Source: Histomonas meleagridis 2922-C6/04-290x
Lineage: Eukaryota > Protista > Parabasalia
DNA length: 64,000 bases
Assembly: GCA_020184695.1 (NCBI GenBank)
Contig: JAANOX010000126.1
Span: 620,001 to 684,000, forward strand
Direction: 5' to 3'
Below, piece by piece: positions 12,155 through 23,045 of this stretch. A model generated the notes under the pieces. The model was not told the origin of the DNA, made no database searches, and saw only the letters and a list, made by a program, of their open reading frames with translations. The position numbers and the translations under genes are program-made. Within the stretch, counting starts at the first letter, position 1. Each line of letters opens with the position of its first letter.

Positions 12155-13696
12155 TTATATCCATTGATCATTCTCATTGTGAACAATTTCACGAAATTCT
12201 TCATTAATAAATTCAATTTGCTGTTGTTTCGTTGTTGAACTTTTCGATGTTTCTGTTTTAGAACTAGAATTCGAATGCAAATTTCGTGTCCGATTTCGTC
12301 GAAATAAAAATATAATCATTCCAATGATAATAAGAATTATTAATATTGAACAACAAATAACACCAATTATTACATTTTTTGTGATTTTGTTATCATTCTC
12401 TATTGTTTCATTTTCAAATTTACTAAAGAAATGACTATAATATATATAATAAGTCGAATATTGATAAATTATATATTCATATGAAATAAAATTCGAATAA
12501 ATATAATAATATGTTGAATTAAAGAATGTGACACTCATTGTATTCGTAAAAATTGATATTGAAATCATTGTTTGTGTAATCGAATATTTTGAAATTAAAG
12601 TTTTAATGAAAGTTACACCAGATTGCAAAGAAGCTGTAAATGCATTTGATTTAGAAAATGTATGTGAAAATGTGTGTGATTGAGTGAATGCATTTGATTT
12701 AGAAAATGTATGCGAAAATGTGTGTGATTGAGTGAATGAATTTGAAAATGTATTTGACTGAGTAAATGTATCAGATTGAGAAAATGTATTTGAGTTTGAA
12801 AAAGTATTTGACTTCGTAAAAGTTATCGAATCCATAGTAATATCACAATTATATATATATCCTGATTCTAACGAATTAATTTGAATTGCTTCACCTACAG
12901 ATTGTCCATTTCGAACAACAGATAACGTAATTCCATTTGTTAATGTTTGTGGAAATAATATCATTTTACATCCAATGGTTTGAGAGGCTGTACTAGCATT
13001 GCAAATATTTGAAATGTCCCAATCATTAACTATAGCTGCATCTGAATTAGCAGCCGCTCTTCCATCAGTGTAATAATTTCCATCATGTTTTATGCCACTA
13101 ATATATAAAGTATACTCTGAAAGAGTCTGTGATGTAATTTGTGTTGTGCCAAAATGAATTGTTAAATACAAACGAGCCATTTTTCTAGAAAGTGTTACAG
13201 TTACTGTGTCAGTAGAGGATCGAATTGTGCTTGATTGACCAAACATGAAATCTAAAGCTTTCATTTTTACTTCGCCATTTTGCTTACGTGTGTCAGTTAT
13301 TAATGCATTCGGATAGAAGCAAGTTATAGTAAAATATGTTCCTCCAGAAGCAGACACTGATCCTCCTGAAAACATACCTTGTTTAAACAACCCACTTGAA
13401 GAAGATGTGGTCCATACAAAATTAGTCATGGACATACCATCGCCTACAAGATCTACTCGCATTTGATCATTTGCTTCCCATGAACTATCTGTTGCAAGAA
13501 GTTTTCTTAAATGATTATTTGTGTTTTCATGTTCATTACTTAACTTATAAAATGCATTGCTGAGCTTAGATGATTTGATACTGTTACTACCAAGTTCTAA
13601 CCAGCTTACATCAAATCGTGCAGTTAAACCTTGGATTTGTGATCTTTGATAAGATGATTGAGAATGTGCTGCTGCTAAAAATAGAAGAATCAACAT
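12155..13696 (-). CDS. Type-I surface protein with a fimbrillin-like (Mfa1-like) ectodomain on a BspA-type stalk, TM and tail
   Basis: Signal peptide MLILLFLAAAHS. Motifs TCFYPNA, LDFMFGQS, VTVTLSRKMARLYLTI, MILFPQT and LESGYIYNCDITM resemble Bacteroidetes fimbrillin-family motifs. Followed by an SNTF stalk, TM and a tail ending ENDQWI. Confidence 0.6.
   Translation of the reverse strand: MLILLFLAAAHSQSSYQRSQIQGLTARFDVSWLELGSNSIKSSKLSNAFYKLSNEHENTNNHLRKLLATDSSWEANDQMRVDLVGDGMSMTNFVWTTSSSSGLFKQGMFSGGSVSASGGTYFTITCFYPNALITDTRKQNGEVKMKALDFMFGQSSTIRSSTDTVTVTLSRKMARLYLTIHFGTTQITSQTLSEYTLYISGIKHDGNYYTDGRAAANSDAAIVNDWDISNICNASTASQTIGCKMILFPQTLTNGITLSVVRNGQSVGEAIQINSLESGYIYNCDITMDSITFTKSNTFSNSNTFSQSDTFTQSNTFSNSFTQSHTFSHTFSKSNAFTQSHTFSHTFSKSNAFTASLQSGVTFIKTLISKYSITQTMISISIFTNTMSVTFFNSTYYYIYSNFISYEYIIYQYSTYYIYYSHFFSKFENETIENDNKITKNVIIGVICCSILIILIIIGMIIFLFRRNRTRNLHSNSSSKTETSKSSTTKQQQIEFINEEFREIVHNENDQWI
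12638..12737 (-). repeat. 48-bp tandem duplication in the stalk (FTQSHTFSHTFSKSNA x2)
   Basis: aatgcatttgatttagaaaatgtat(g/c)gaaaatgtgtgtgattgagtg occurs twice in tandem. Confidence 0.85.
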
Positions 13697-14263
13697 TTTG
13701 ATTTGGGTTAAAATTTGAAAAAAGTTATTTGTGACAAATAATACAAAAGCTGTTGATAAATTTTGAGTTCAGAATTGAAATTTACATGAGGGACCATTCA
13801 GCTTTCTTTGAATTAAATTTGACCGAACTTATGACATTGGTCACACATTAATTTGCAATTTTTTTGTGAGTTTGGTTCCAAGTTGAATCATGACTTTTCT
13901 GCAGGTTTTGCAGTTTTATCGTTTTTTATCAATTCAAAAAAAATGTAAAGTTTTCTATTTATCAATGCATTGAATTCAATTCAAAATCAATTAATGAATT
14001 GATTTCGTTATAAAAATTTACGCCAAAAAGAAAACCAAAGCAATATAATATGATCAAATGATATCAGCTTAATTTGTTAATGGTTCGACAATAATTTATT
14101 TCAATAAAAACTGTGAATATATTGGACCAATATATCAATTATTTTTATTTTAATTTAACAATGTATCATTATATTATTAATATAATATCAATCTGAATAA
14201 GAACTAGAATCATCAAAAATTGGTGCAGTAAAACTTGATTTTAAGTTTTTGTTACGTCTGAGT

Positions 14264-14709
14264 CTGTGTCAGTAGAGGATCGAATTGTGCTTGATTAACC
14301 AAACATGAAATCTAAAGCTTTCATTGTTACTTCGCCACTTTGTTTTCTTGTGTCTGTTATCAATGAATAAGGATAGACGCAAATTAGATAAAAATATGAT
14401 GCAGATAATTGAACTCCGCCTGAAAACATACTTTGTTTAAACAAGCCACTTGAAAAAGAAGTTGTCCATGAAGTTGTAAAGCCTATACCATCACTCATAA
14501 ATTTAACATATATGGTCATATGCTTCCCATGAACTATCTGTTGCAAGAGGTTTTCTTAAATGATATTCGTGTTCATTATTTAAATTAAAAAATGAATTGG
14601 TGAGTTTAGATGTTTTGATGCTATTGCTAGCAAATTGTAACCAACTTTGTATTTGAGATCTCTGATAAGATGATTGAGATAGTACTCGTGCTAGAAACAG
14701 GAGAATCAT
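14264..14709 (-). pseudogene. Truncated paralogue of the fimbrillin-like gene (N-terminal part only)
   Basis: MILLFLARVLSQSSYQRSQIQ... and ...ITDTRKQSGEVTMKALDFMFG align with the 12155-13696 gene. There is a frameshift near 14520, CAA>TAA after FMFG, and homology stops at about 14264. Confidence 0.85.
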
Positions 14710-15404
14710 GATGTACTACTAGGATTAATTAAGGTTGGGCTCTGATGTATCGATAAACCGCTGATAAATGTCATAACCGTTATCGATATTCTATCGGTCT
14801 CACCTGATAAACACCAGCTGATAAAAACATCAGATTTTATAGATATCACCCTGATGAAAAAAGTGACATCTATCAAATATATTTTTTTCCAAACTTAGTT
14901 TAAACTTTTAATATCAAAATAAACATGCATTAAAACACTATAAGTAGAACTCAAAATGCATTAAAAATAGATAAATTGGAAAATTAAATTTAAATGCAAT
15001 TTTATTTGACTAAATTTAGATAAATTTAGTTCGTTTTATATGGGGGCTGATAATTGCAGGTGATTTTATCATATAAAATTTGCAATATTAGCATTATGCT
15101 AAAGTACTTTTTGAGCGAAAATAATCAAAAAGTAGATATCTTACGAAAATCAATTTTAGCTATATATCAATTTTATACATATACCATTTGGTGAATTAGA
15201 TAGAAATTATAACCTCCTTAAATTATAATTACTATAAGAATTGATTTAGCATAAATATATATCGATTTTCACGAGATATTTTTATTTTTATGCTCATTTA
15301 TTACATTAATTGTTATTGCGCATTTTTTGGTTCGATTAAATGTTTTAAATATTTGTTATTATCCAAAATGTATATAAAATTCACTTATAAACACATAATT
15401 TATT

Positions 15405-16877
15405 TCACACTGCAATATCGAAAGAATTCTTCATTAAACCCAACGATCTTTCGTTAATTGCCTTGTACAATTCACGAACAGATTGCACAGTTTTGTCTGC
15501 CCCAAGTGAGAACGCGATTGGCAGCAGCGCGCCCATCGCTTTTCTGTACATTTCTTCGGCGATAACATTTTCGCCTTTTTCCTCCATCAACGCTCCGTTT
15601 CGAGCAAAATCTAATGCCTTCTCATATAGAAACTGGAAAGGTGATCTTTTAGATTCAGATTCGACTTCATTCTTTAGTTTATTCGCTTTCTCAGAAAATC
15701 GAGATGCAATTTGTATAATATCACCCTCAATTTTAGGAAATCGATCATTCACTTTCCGTTCTTCTTCCAAAAAATCTAAAAGAAACTCAATTAACAAAAC
15801 TAAAAGCTCAAATAACTCAGATTTTTCTAAATCATTAAAGTATTGTTCAATAGTTTCAACACTAAATTTGGCTTCTAACAAAAAGGATTCGGCCTGTTGG
15901 CCTGTAGAATCAGGTGAAGCTGTTAAAAATGAAAATCTTCGAATTCGCTTTTTTTCGTTAACGGTCTCTGATGGGGGAACGTTAAATGTAATTTCATCTT
16001 TTTCGATGGAGAAGAAAGGGTGCGTTATGAACTCGTCAAAGGTAATTCGCTCGGCAGGATCGATTGTAAGGAGCCTCTGAATAAGGTCTCTTAGTTCTGG
16101 TGATGCATCAACATCCATTGGTAAAGAATAAGGTTGTGACCCTCTCATTTTAAGCTCTACTTCAAGTTGGTATTGGTTTTGAATGTTAGGGAAAGGTGTC
16201 TTAGTAGTGATCAACTCGTAAAGAATTATACCAATACTCCACATATCAACATTTGAATTATACTTGAGTCCAAATTGAATTTCTGGAGCCATATAAATAG
16301 GTGAGCCACATATAGTATCGGCAAGGTCCATTGGCTTAAGAAAACGAGCAAAACCAAAATCAGCAATTTTGAGAATGATTTTTCCATCTGTGGTTTCTGA
16401 TAATAAAATATTGTGTGGTTTGAGATCTCGATGAACAATTTGATTGGTGTGTAAGTAATCAAGACCAATTGCTATTTGCCTTCCAAAATTACGAACAATT
16501 TTTTCTGGAAGCCCAACCTTATAATTACGGAGATAATGAATAAGATCACCTTTGTTACAATATTCCATTATTAAAAGAGTCTCTGTTGATGTATGTTCAA
16601 CACCATAAAGTTTAACAATATTTGGATGATTAAGTTGAAGCATCAAAGATATTTCTTGATCAAGCTTTTCTTTTTCTTGTTGGAAAACCATTCTAGATGC
16701 TGAAATTGTTTTAATTGCAACAAAGTCATCAACTTTAAGTGAATTAAAATCTTCAATCATGCGTCCTTGATAAACAGTTCCAAATGCTCCTCTTCCAATT
16801 TCTTTACATATATGAACAAGTGATGAATTTGGAGGATCTAAAACCAAATCTTCATCTTCCATTTTTTGTGAAACCAT
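15405..16877 (-). CDS. ATG1: Atg1/ULK-family Ser/Thr kinase with C-terminal MIT-like helices
   Basis: IGRGAFGTVY, VAIK, HRDLKPHNILL, LKIADFGFARFL, TICGSPIYMAPE. The helical C-terminus (ALDFARNGALMEEKG...AEEMYRKA) resembles ULK MIT domains. Confidence 0.8.
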   Translation of the reverse strand: MVSQKMEDEDLVLDPPNSSLVHICKEIGRGAFGTVYQGRMIEDFNSLKVDDFVAIKTISASRMVFQQEKEKLDQEISLMLQLNHPNIVKLYGVEHTSTETLLIMEYCNKGDLIHYLRNYKVGLPEKIVRNFGRQIAIGLDYLHTNQIVHRDLKPHNILLSETTDGKIILKIADFGFARFLKPMDLADTICGSPIYMAPEIQFGLKYNSNVDMWSIGIILYELITTKTPFPNIQNQYQLEVELKMRGSQPYSLPMDVDASPELRDLIQRLLTIDPAERITFDEFITHPFFSIEKDEITFNVPPSETVNEKKRIRRFSFLTASPDSTGQQAESFLLEAKFSVETIEQYFNDLEKSELFELLVLLIEFLLDFLEEERKVNDRFPKIEGDIIQIASRFSEKANKLKNEVESESKRSPFQFLYEKALDFARNGALMEEKGENVIAEEMYRKAMGALLPIAFSLGADKTVQSVRELYKAINERSLGLMKNSFDIAV

Positions 16878-17115
16878 TTCAATACTTTATATCATAAAAG
16901 TGTCTAAAAAAAACTCTAAAACAAAAAATCTGTTGTTTAGATAAATTCATGTAAAACGTATAGATTTCACCATTAATATAAGCATTATGTCATTTCTAAT
17001 AATAAATGATGTAATACAAGTTAACATAAAATTAGATCGTTAAATTTAATCATATTATTGGTTTAACAATTTATAAAAATATCAACATATAATCGTTTTT
17101 ATTTAAACATTTTAC

Positions 17116-20100
17116 TTATCCAAAGTCATCTAACACCGATGAAGTCAACAACAAATGATTTTTCATTTCATTTCTTAATCTTTTATTTTTCCTATTATTA
17201 AGGTATAACACGAGTATTACCACAACAATTGTTACAACGACGATTGATCCACCCACAGATACACAAATGGTTATTACTTTTTTATTACTATTGTTATCTG
17301 TTTTTGTATCCTTATTAAACAAACAAACATCGAAATAATTATTTGGCGCTTCAGCCAACAAATTATTCCATTCATTTGTATTATTTCTGTTATAATTTTG
17401 ATAGTTTTTAACATAAGGCAAACATAAAGTTATATTATAAACATTATGGTTATTTATATTTATAATATTTCGATTAGTTTTCGAAAATATTTTCGAATTA
17501 AAATTCGGCGGGTCTTCAGGCAATGATAATATATAAAGGGAATTACAATTTTCGAATATATTTTCATAAGAATTATCAACAGATGAACTTAATTGAGGTG
17601 CATGAAACACCAAAAGTGACATGCAATTTTTGAAGCAAAAATCGCCATCGAATTTGTAAAGGTTATTAAAAACTGCCATCTTGAGTGAAATACAATTTTC
17701 AAATGCGTTATTACATATTGTTCGTAATTGTTTAAATTCGAGTGATTCAATTGAAGTACAATTATAAAATGAATATGAATCAATTGTTTGTACTTCATCC
17801 AAAGTTATGTTAATTAAATTAATACAATTATAAAAACAATATAAAGAAGTTGTAGTTATTTTTGGTAAGTTGATATAAGTTATTTTTGTGCAATTTTCAA
17901 ATGTTGAGGCTCCAATAGTATCAACTTTAGCTAAAGAAACGTTTTGAAGAGAAATGCAATTTTTAAAGGAATTAATATTAATAGTTTTAAGGTTTGGTAA
18001 ATTAATGTTTTGAAGAGAAATACAATTTTCAAATGATGAAATTCCAATTAATTCGACGTTAATTAAAGAAATGTTTTGAAGAGAAATGCAATTTTTGAAG
18101 GAATTATTATTAATGTTTTTAAGTTTATTAGCATTAATATTTTGGAGTGATTTACAATTTGTAAATGCGGATGTTCCAATAGTTTCAACATCATCTAAAA
18201 TGATAATTTTTAATGAATTACAATTATTAAATGTTTTCTCAATAATTTCATTAATTTTCTTTAAATTAATTGTTTCTAATGAAATACAATTCTCAAATGC
18301 TGAAACTCCAATTGTTTCAACGTATTCAAATGATATGTTTATTAGTGATATACAATCAATGAATGCATAATTTCCAATGATTTTAACTTTATGGAAATTA
18401 AAACATATTAAAGAAGAACAATTTTTAAATGAATTCTCACCAATTGTTATAACATTAGATTCGATATATTTTAATGAAATACAATTCAAAAACGAATTAT
18501 TACTTATATATATAACATTTGGTAATATAACGTTTTTAAGTGAAATACAATTTTTAAATGAATTTTCGCCAATGTTTTGTAAATTGTTCATTTCGATTTT
18601 GTTTAACTTAATACAATCAACAAAAGCGTTTTGTTTAATATTTGTTAAATTGTTTACTATTATAGTCGAAAGACTTTTACATGATTGAAATGCGGATTCT
18701 TCAATAACATTTACATTTTCACATTCGACTTTTTCCAAATTTATACAATTCGAAAAACTTCTAATATTAAATGATTCTAATTTATTAAAACTAATTTCTT
18801 TAATTCCACAATTCATAAAACACTCAACACCAATTTTTTCAACATTGGGTAACATTAAATTATTAAGAGAAGTTTGATCTATAAAACATTGGTCACCGAT
18901 TTCAATTAAGTTAATAGCTTTAAAACTCAACAAAAATGTTTCTTTAAACACTTCTTTTCCTAAATATACTAAACTCGGTAAATTAACCTCAGTTAAACTC
19001 ATACAATTCTCAAATGAATAATCGGAACAATTCCTTAATTTCGGGAAATTTATAAATTCAAGATCAACGCAATTATAAAATGCGCCAATTCCAATATATT
19101 CCAAATTTAAGCATGAAATATTATATAAGAATTTACTTCCTTTAAAGCAATAATCGCCAATTATTTTCACATTTAAATTTAATGTTTCTGAAGTTTCACT
19201 ACGAAATGTCGAATTCTCGAAACATGAATCACTTAAAATTTGTATATTCGTAAGATCTAAATAATGAATTTCTTGATTCGAGAACAAATAATTTGGCGCA
19301 ATTTCTAGACTTGGTAATATAAATCGATTTATAGTACTTTGACCTTGAAACAAATAATTATTACAAGTCTTTAATTTAGGCGCATTAAACGAAATAATAG
19401 AATCACAATGATCAAATATATATCCGCCGATTTCAACAAGATTTGGAAATGTACAATTCTCTAAGTAAACACATCTTTCGAATGCTCGATCACCAATTGT
19501 CGTAACATTTGGGAAATTAATTGAAATAAATGCAGAACAACATGAAAAAGAAGATATGTCAATAGTTATCACATAAGGGAAATCAATTGTCTCTAAACTT
19601 GAACAAAATGAAAATGATGATAAACCAATTTCTTTAAGTTTCGGTAAATTTACTATTTCTAAATTTAAGCATTCATAAAAACACATTTTAGGACAACTTT
19701 CGAGTAAAGGAAATGAAATGTTTCTTAACTTTTTACATTTATAAAAACAATTATCTTTAATGACTGTAACGTTTGGACAATTCATTGATTCTAATGAAAT
19801 ACAATTCGAAAATGTAGAAAGTCCAATTGTAGTAAGAGAATTTGGAATTTCAACGTTTCGTAATGAAGAACATAAATGAAATGCATAATCACCAATACTT
19901 GTAACACTTTTCCCTATGATAACAGTTTCTAAAATAGAACAACCTAGAAACACGTCGCCTTTTATTGTTGTAGTTGAATCAGGAATTGTTATATTTCGTA
20001 ATGATTGACAATATGAAAAAGAATTACTTTCGATTGACTCCAAAATCGAGTTTTCTTCAAATGTAACATCTTCAAGAAGTTGACAATCATAGAATGAACT

Positions 20101-21483
20101 CGATTCAATTTTATTTAATTTATTACCGATTTTTATTGATTTTAAATTAAAACATTGTGAAAATATTCCAGAAGAAGCTGTTGTGATTGTATTCGGTATT
20201 ATAAAACTTGATATTTTCGTATATGTGAATGCATAAATTCCAATAGTTTCAACTTTATCGCCTAAAATGATTTCTTCTAAATTAGAACATGTAGAAAACG
20301 CATAATTTCCAATTCGTGTAACAGAATTTGGAATTTTTATACTTTTTAATGAAGTACATGCATGATATGAAGAACTATCAATAGTTATTATATTATCATT
20401 AAAAACAACTTCGGAAAGTTTAGAACATCCATTAAATAAATAGCTACTAATTCTCGAAATTTTGTTTGGAAGTGTAATCGACTTTAAATTCGTACAAAAT
20501 TCAAATGTATTTGCTCCAATAGTTTCGACGTTTTCTCCAAAATTTATTGTCTCTAATGATGCACAATATGTAAATACTGAATTACCAATTGTTATAACTG
20601 AATTCGGTATTGTAATCGTTTTTATTTTGAGACAATCATAAAAGGATTGTTCTTTAATAGTATGTATATTCGAACTTATTAAAATAGTCGCTAAATTTTT
20701 CGATGTTCGAAATGCGGATTTTTCGATAGTTTTGACTGTTGTTGGAATTGTATATTGTTCAAATGGAAATCCTGATGGACATGCTATTAGTTGTGTGATA
20801 TCTTTGTTATATAGAATACCATCATTTTCATAATTTGCATATTTTGTATTGTCTTTTGACACTTCGATTTTTTGAAGATTTTGACATGCCAAAAATGCGC
20901 CATCACCAATTGTCGAAATAGAACTGGAAATAAAAACATTAGCTATAGGGCACTGTGAAAAAGCTGAAGAACCAATCGAAGTGACTGAGATGGGAATTGA
21001 TAATTTGGTCAAATTACAATATTTAAATGCTCCATCGCCAATGGTTGTTAACTTTTCACCAAAGGTTACAGATGTTAGATGATCACATGATGAAAATGCA
21101 CTAGAATCAATTAAAATTAAAGAATTAGGAAATGTAATTTCTTTTATACTAGAACAATATGTAAACGCATAACTCTCTATTGTTTCTACATTGTCGCCAA
21201 TTGTGACAGTTTTGAGGTTTAGACAGGATTCAAACGAACTATAACCAATTGTTGTAACTGAATTACCTATATGAACAGAGGTAAGATATTCTAATGAGGA
21301 AAATGCTTCATCTATAATCTTTTTTATTTCTCCATAAATGAAAATATGAATTGCTTTGTATTTATATTCACTAGCAAACTCGCTTTCATCAAGGATAATA
21401 AATGTGCTATTGTTTTCTATAAAAACTTGTCTTGAGTGAATTAAAAAAAGAGCAAAAACACAGAAAACTAAAGAGATTTTCAT
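17116..21483 (-). CDS. Large BspA-like LRR surface protein (1455 aa)
   Basis: Signal peptide, dozens of LRR_5 repeats (xIPNSVTxIGxxAFxxCxxL, then xLPKVxxIGxxxFxNCxSL), TM, tail ending DDFG. Confidence 0.92.
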   Translation of the reverse strand: MKISLVFCVFALFLIHSRQVFIENNSTFIILDESEFASEYKYKAIHIFIYGEIKKIIDEAFSSLEYLTSVHIGNSVTTIGYSSFESCLNLKTVTIGDNVETIESYAFTYCSSIKEITFPNSLILIDSSAFSSCDHLTSVTFGEKLTTIGDGAFKYCNLTKLSIPISVTSIGSSAFSQCPIANVFISSSISTIGDGAFLACQNLQKIEVSKDNTKYANYENDGILYNKDITQLIACPSGFPFEQYTIPTTVKTIEKSAFRTSKNLATILISSNIHTIKEQSFYDCLKIKTITIPNSVITIGNSVFTYCASLETINFGENVETIGANTFEFCTNLKSITLPNKISRISSYLFNGCSKLSEVVFNDNIITIDSSSYHACTSLKSIKIPNSVTRIGNYAFSTCSNLEEIILGDKVETIGIYAFTYTKISSFIIPNTITTASSGIFSQCFNLKSIKIGNKLNKIESSSFYDCQLLEDVTFEENSILESIESNSFSYCQSLRNITIPDSTTTIKGDVFLGCSILETVIIGKSVTSIGDYAFHLCSSLRNVEIPNSLTTIGLSTFSNCISLESMNCPNVTVIKDNCFYKCKKLRNISFPLLESCPKMCFYECLNLEIVNLPKLKEIGLSSFSFCSSLETIDFPYVITIDISSFSCCSAFISINFPNVTTIGDRAFERCVYLENCTFPNLVEIGGYIFDHCDSIISFNAPKLKTCNNYLFQGQSTINRFILPSLEIAPNYLFSNQEIHYLDLTNIQILSDSCFENSTFRSETSETLNLNVKIIGDYCFKGSKFLYNISCLNLEYIGIGAFYNCVDLEFINFPKLRNCSDYSFENCMSLTEVNLPSLVYLGKEVFKETFLLSFKAINLIEIGDQCFIDQTSLNNLMLPNVEKIGVECFMNCGIKEISFNKLESFNIRSFSNCINLEKVECENVNVIEESAFQSCKSLSTIIVNNLTNIKQNAFVDCIKLNKIEMNNLQNIGENSFKNCISLKNVILPNVIYISNNSFLNCISLKYIESNVITIGENSFKNCSSLICFNFHKVKIIGNYAFIDCISLINISFEYVETIGVSAFENCISLETINLKKINEIIEKTFNNCNSLKIIILDDVETIGTSAFTNCKSLQNINANKLKNINNNSFKNCISLQNISLINVELIGISSFENCISLQNINLPNLKTININSFKNCISLQNVSLAKVDTIGASTFENCTKITYINLPKITTTSLYCFYNCINLINITLDEVQTIDSYSFYNCTSIESLEFKQLRTICNNAFENCISLKMAVFNNLYKFDGDFCFKNCMSLLVFHAPQLSSSVDNSYENIFENCNSLYILSLPEDPPNFNSKIFSKTNRNIININNHNVYNITLCLPYVKNYQNYNRNNTNEWNNLLAEAPNNYFDVCLFNKDTKTDNNSNKKVITICVSVGGSIVVVTIVVVILVLYLNNRKNKRLRNEMKNHLLLTSSVLDDFG

Positions 21484-21872
21484 TGAGGCATTTCTGTATC
21501 GTTCCGGAAATTTAATAATTTACATTTAACGCGATAACTGACTGATCAAAAGAATCATCGGAAATATATTATTATTAAACCAGCTTAAACCCTTATACCG
21601 AAATGAGTGATTTAACCACATGAAAAATCACATCTTATTGTTTGTAGTATTGGATAATATGATTTTCAAATTTAAATGATTTACTTAAGTATTATTAATG
21701 CTTTTAAATTCTTGTTATTTTCCTTGATAAACAGATGCTTGGTTTTTTTAATATATGTTGAAATATCAAGCATTTTGTTTTACTAGGTTGCAAGTAGTTG
21801 CAATTCATATCACATGTCATATGAAGGAAAGTTGGTCAGTTGCAATTTGAGGTAGTCTGTTCGCACATTGCA

Positions 21873-23045
21873 ATGGAAGAAGAGAACATAATCAAGCGAT
21901 TGATATCTCTTGTCGAAGAACTCAATGGAAATAATGTTCACCAAACAATTTGTAGTTTTTATGACATCCACAATCAATTTAACCATGAAATCTTACGACA
22001 ACTTGTTGAACATTTTGGACTCAATTATCCCCTTGATGAAAACATGGGCCAGCTTAACCCCCAACAATATATTGCGTTATCACTTCCTATCATTATGTAT
22101 CAATCTAACAATAATCTCATTGCCGAAGTACGTGAACTTATTCCTATAGTTCTTAATGTTATGGAATCACATGAGATATTACGCCAATTTGATCGTCTCT
22201 ATTCCAAAATATATTTCTTTTATGCAATAACTGCCGAAAATCCACTTGAAGTTCTTCTTGCTGCATATCGTCGTTCATGTGATGCTCATCTTCATCAAAC
22301 CCAAGCCACAATAGTCAACTGTTTACTTCGTTATTATGTCACCACTGGCGGTTATAGTCTTGCATTATCTTTCCTTAAACATTGCAAATTCCCAAGTTAT
22401 GCCTCACCAGCACAACTTGGCCGCTACCACTTCTTTGTTGGCCATCTTAAAGCCGTTGCTCTTGAGTATGCCGAAGCCCAACATCATTTGCAACTATCAC
22501 TTCGACGTTTACCACAAAATCGCTACTCAGAACCATTTCGATCACTTGTAGTTGAGCATTTAGTTGTAGTTATGATGTTACAAGGTCAAGTTCCATCTCG
22601 CGCTATGTTATTAGATCATCCGATATACCTCGATTTGGCACGATCCATCCTTAAAGGAGACGTCATAGCCTTCCAAGAAGTCGTAAAGAATCCGCAATTT
22701 GCCGAAGACGGACTTGCGCCATTAGTCCAACGATTACGAAGCTCAGTGATCTTGGCAGGTCTCACGAACATATCACATTGTTACTCGCGAATCACGTTTG
22801 CCGACATAGCCGAAATGTTGCACATTGGCAGCGCCGAAGATGCCGAAGGGTTCTGCGCAAAGGCGGCAGCAGACGGAATCATCGACGCTGAGATCGAACA
22901 CGAAAGCGGATGCTTGAAGTCGAGGAACAGTAAGGACGAGGCAAACACTGGATTCAGCGATAGGATAAATAAGGACATCCAGGATTGCTTCAGCATAAGA
23001 GAAGATACACAGAGAATAATGCACGAAGAGGCGGTGCAAGAATAA
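21873..23045 (+). CDS. RPN3: 26S proteasome regulatory subunit Rpn3/PSMD3 (PCI domain)
   Basis: QATIVNCLLRYY, ARY-like GRYHFFVGHLKA, LRSSVILAGLTNISHCYSRITFADIAEML, AEGFCAKAAADGIIDAEI and RIQ-like FSDRINKDIQDCFSIR. Confidence 0.88.
   Translation: MEEENIIKRLISLVEELNGNNVHQTICSFYDIHNQFNHEILRQLVEHFGLNYPLDENMGQLNPQQYIALSLPIIMYQSNNNLIAEVRELIPIVLNVMESHEILRQFDRLYSKIYFFYAITAENPLEVLLAAYRRSCDAHLHQTQATIVNCLLRYYVTTGGYSLALSFLKHCKFPSYASPAQLGRYHFFVGHLKAVALEYAEAQHHLQLSLRRLPQNRYSEPFRSLVVEHLVVVMMLQGQVPSRAMLLDHPIYLDLARSILKGDVIAFQEVVKNPQFAEDGLAPLVQRLRSSVILAGLTNISHCYSRITFADIAEMLHIGSAEDAEGFCAKAAADGIIDAEIEHESGCLKSRNSKDEANTGFSDRINKDIQDCFSIREDTQRIMHEEAVQE

Noticed and set aside
14732-15221. Complete Kolobok-like element between TTAA-GG (14728) and CC-TTAA (15221)
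   Set aside because: The two ends do not form terminal inverted repeats beyond 2 bp, and there is no transposase.
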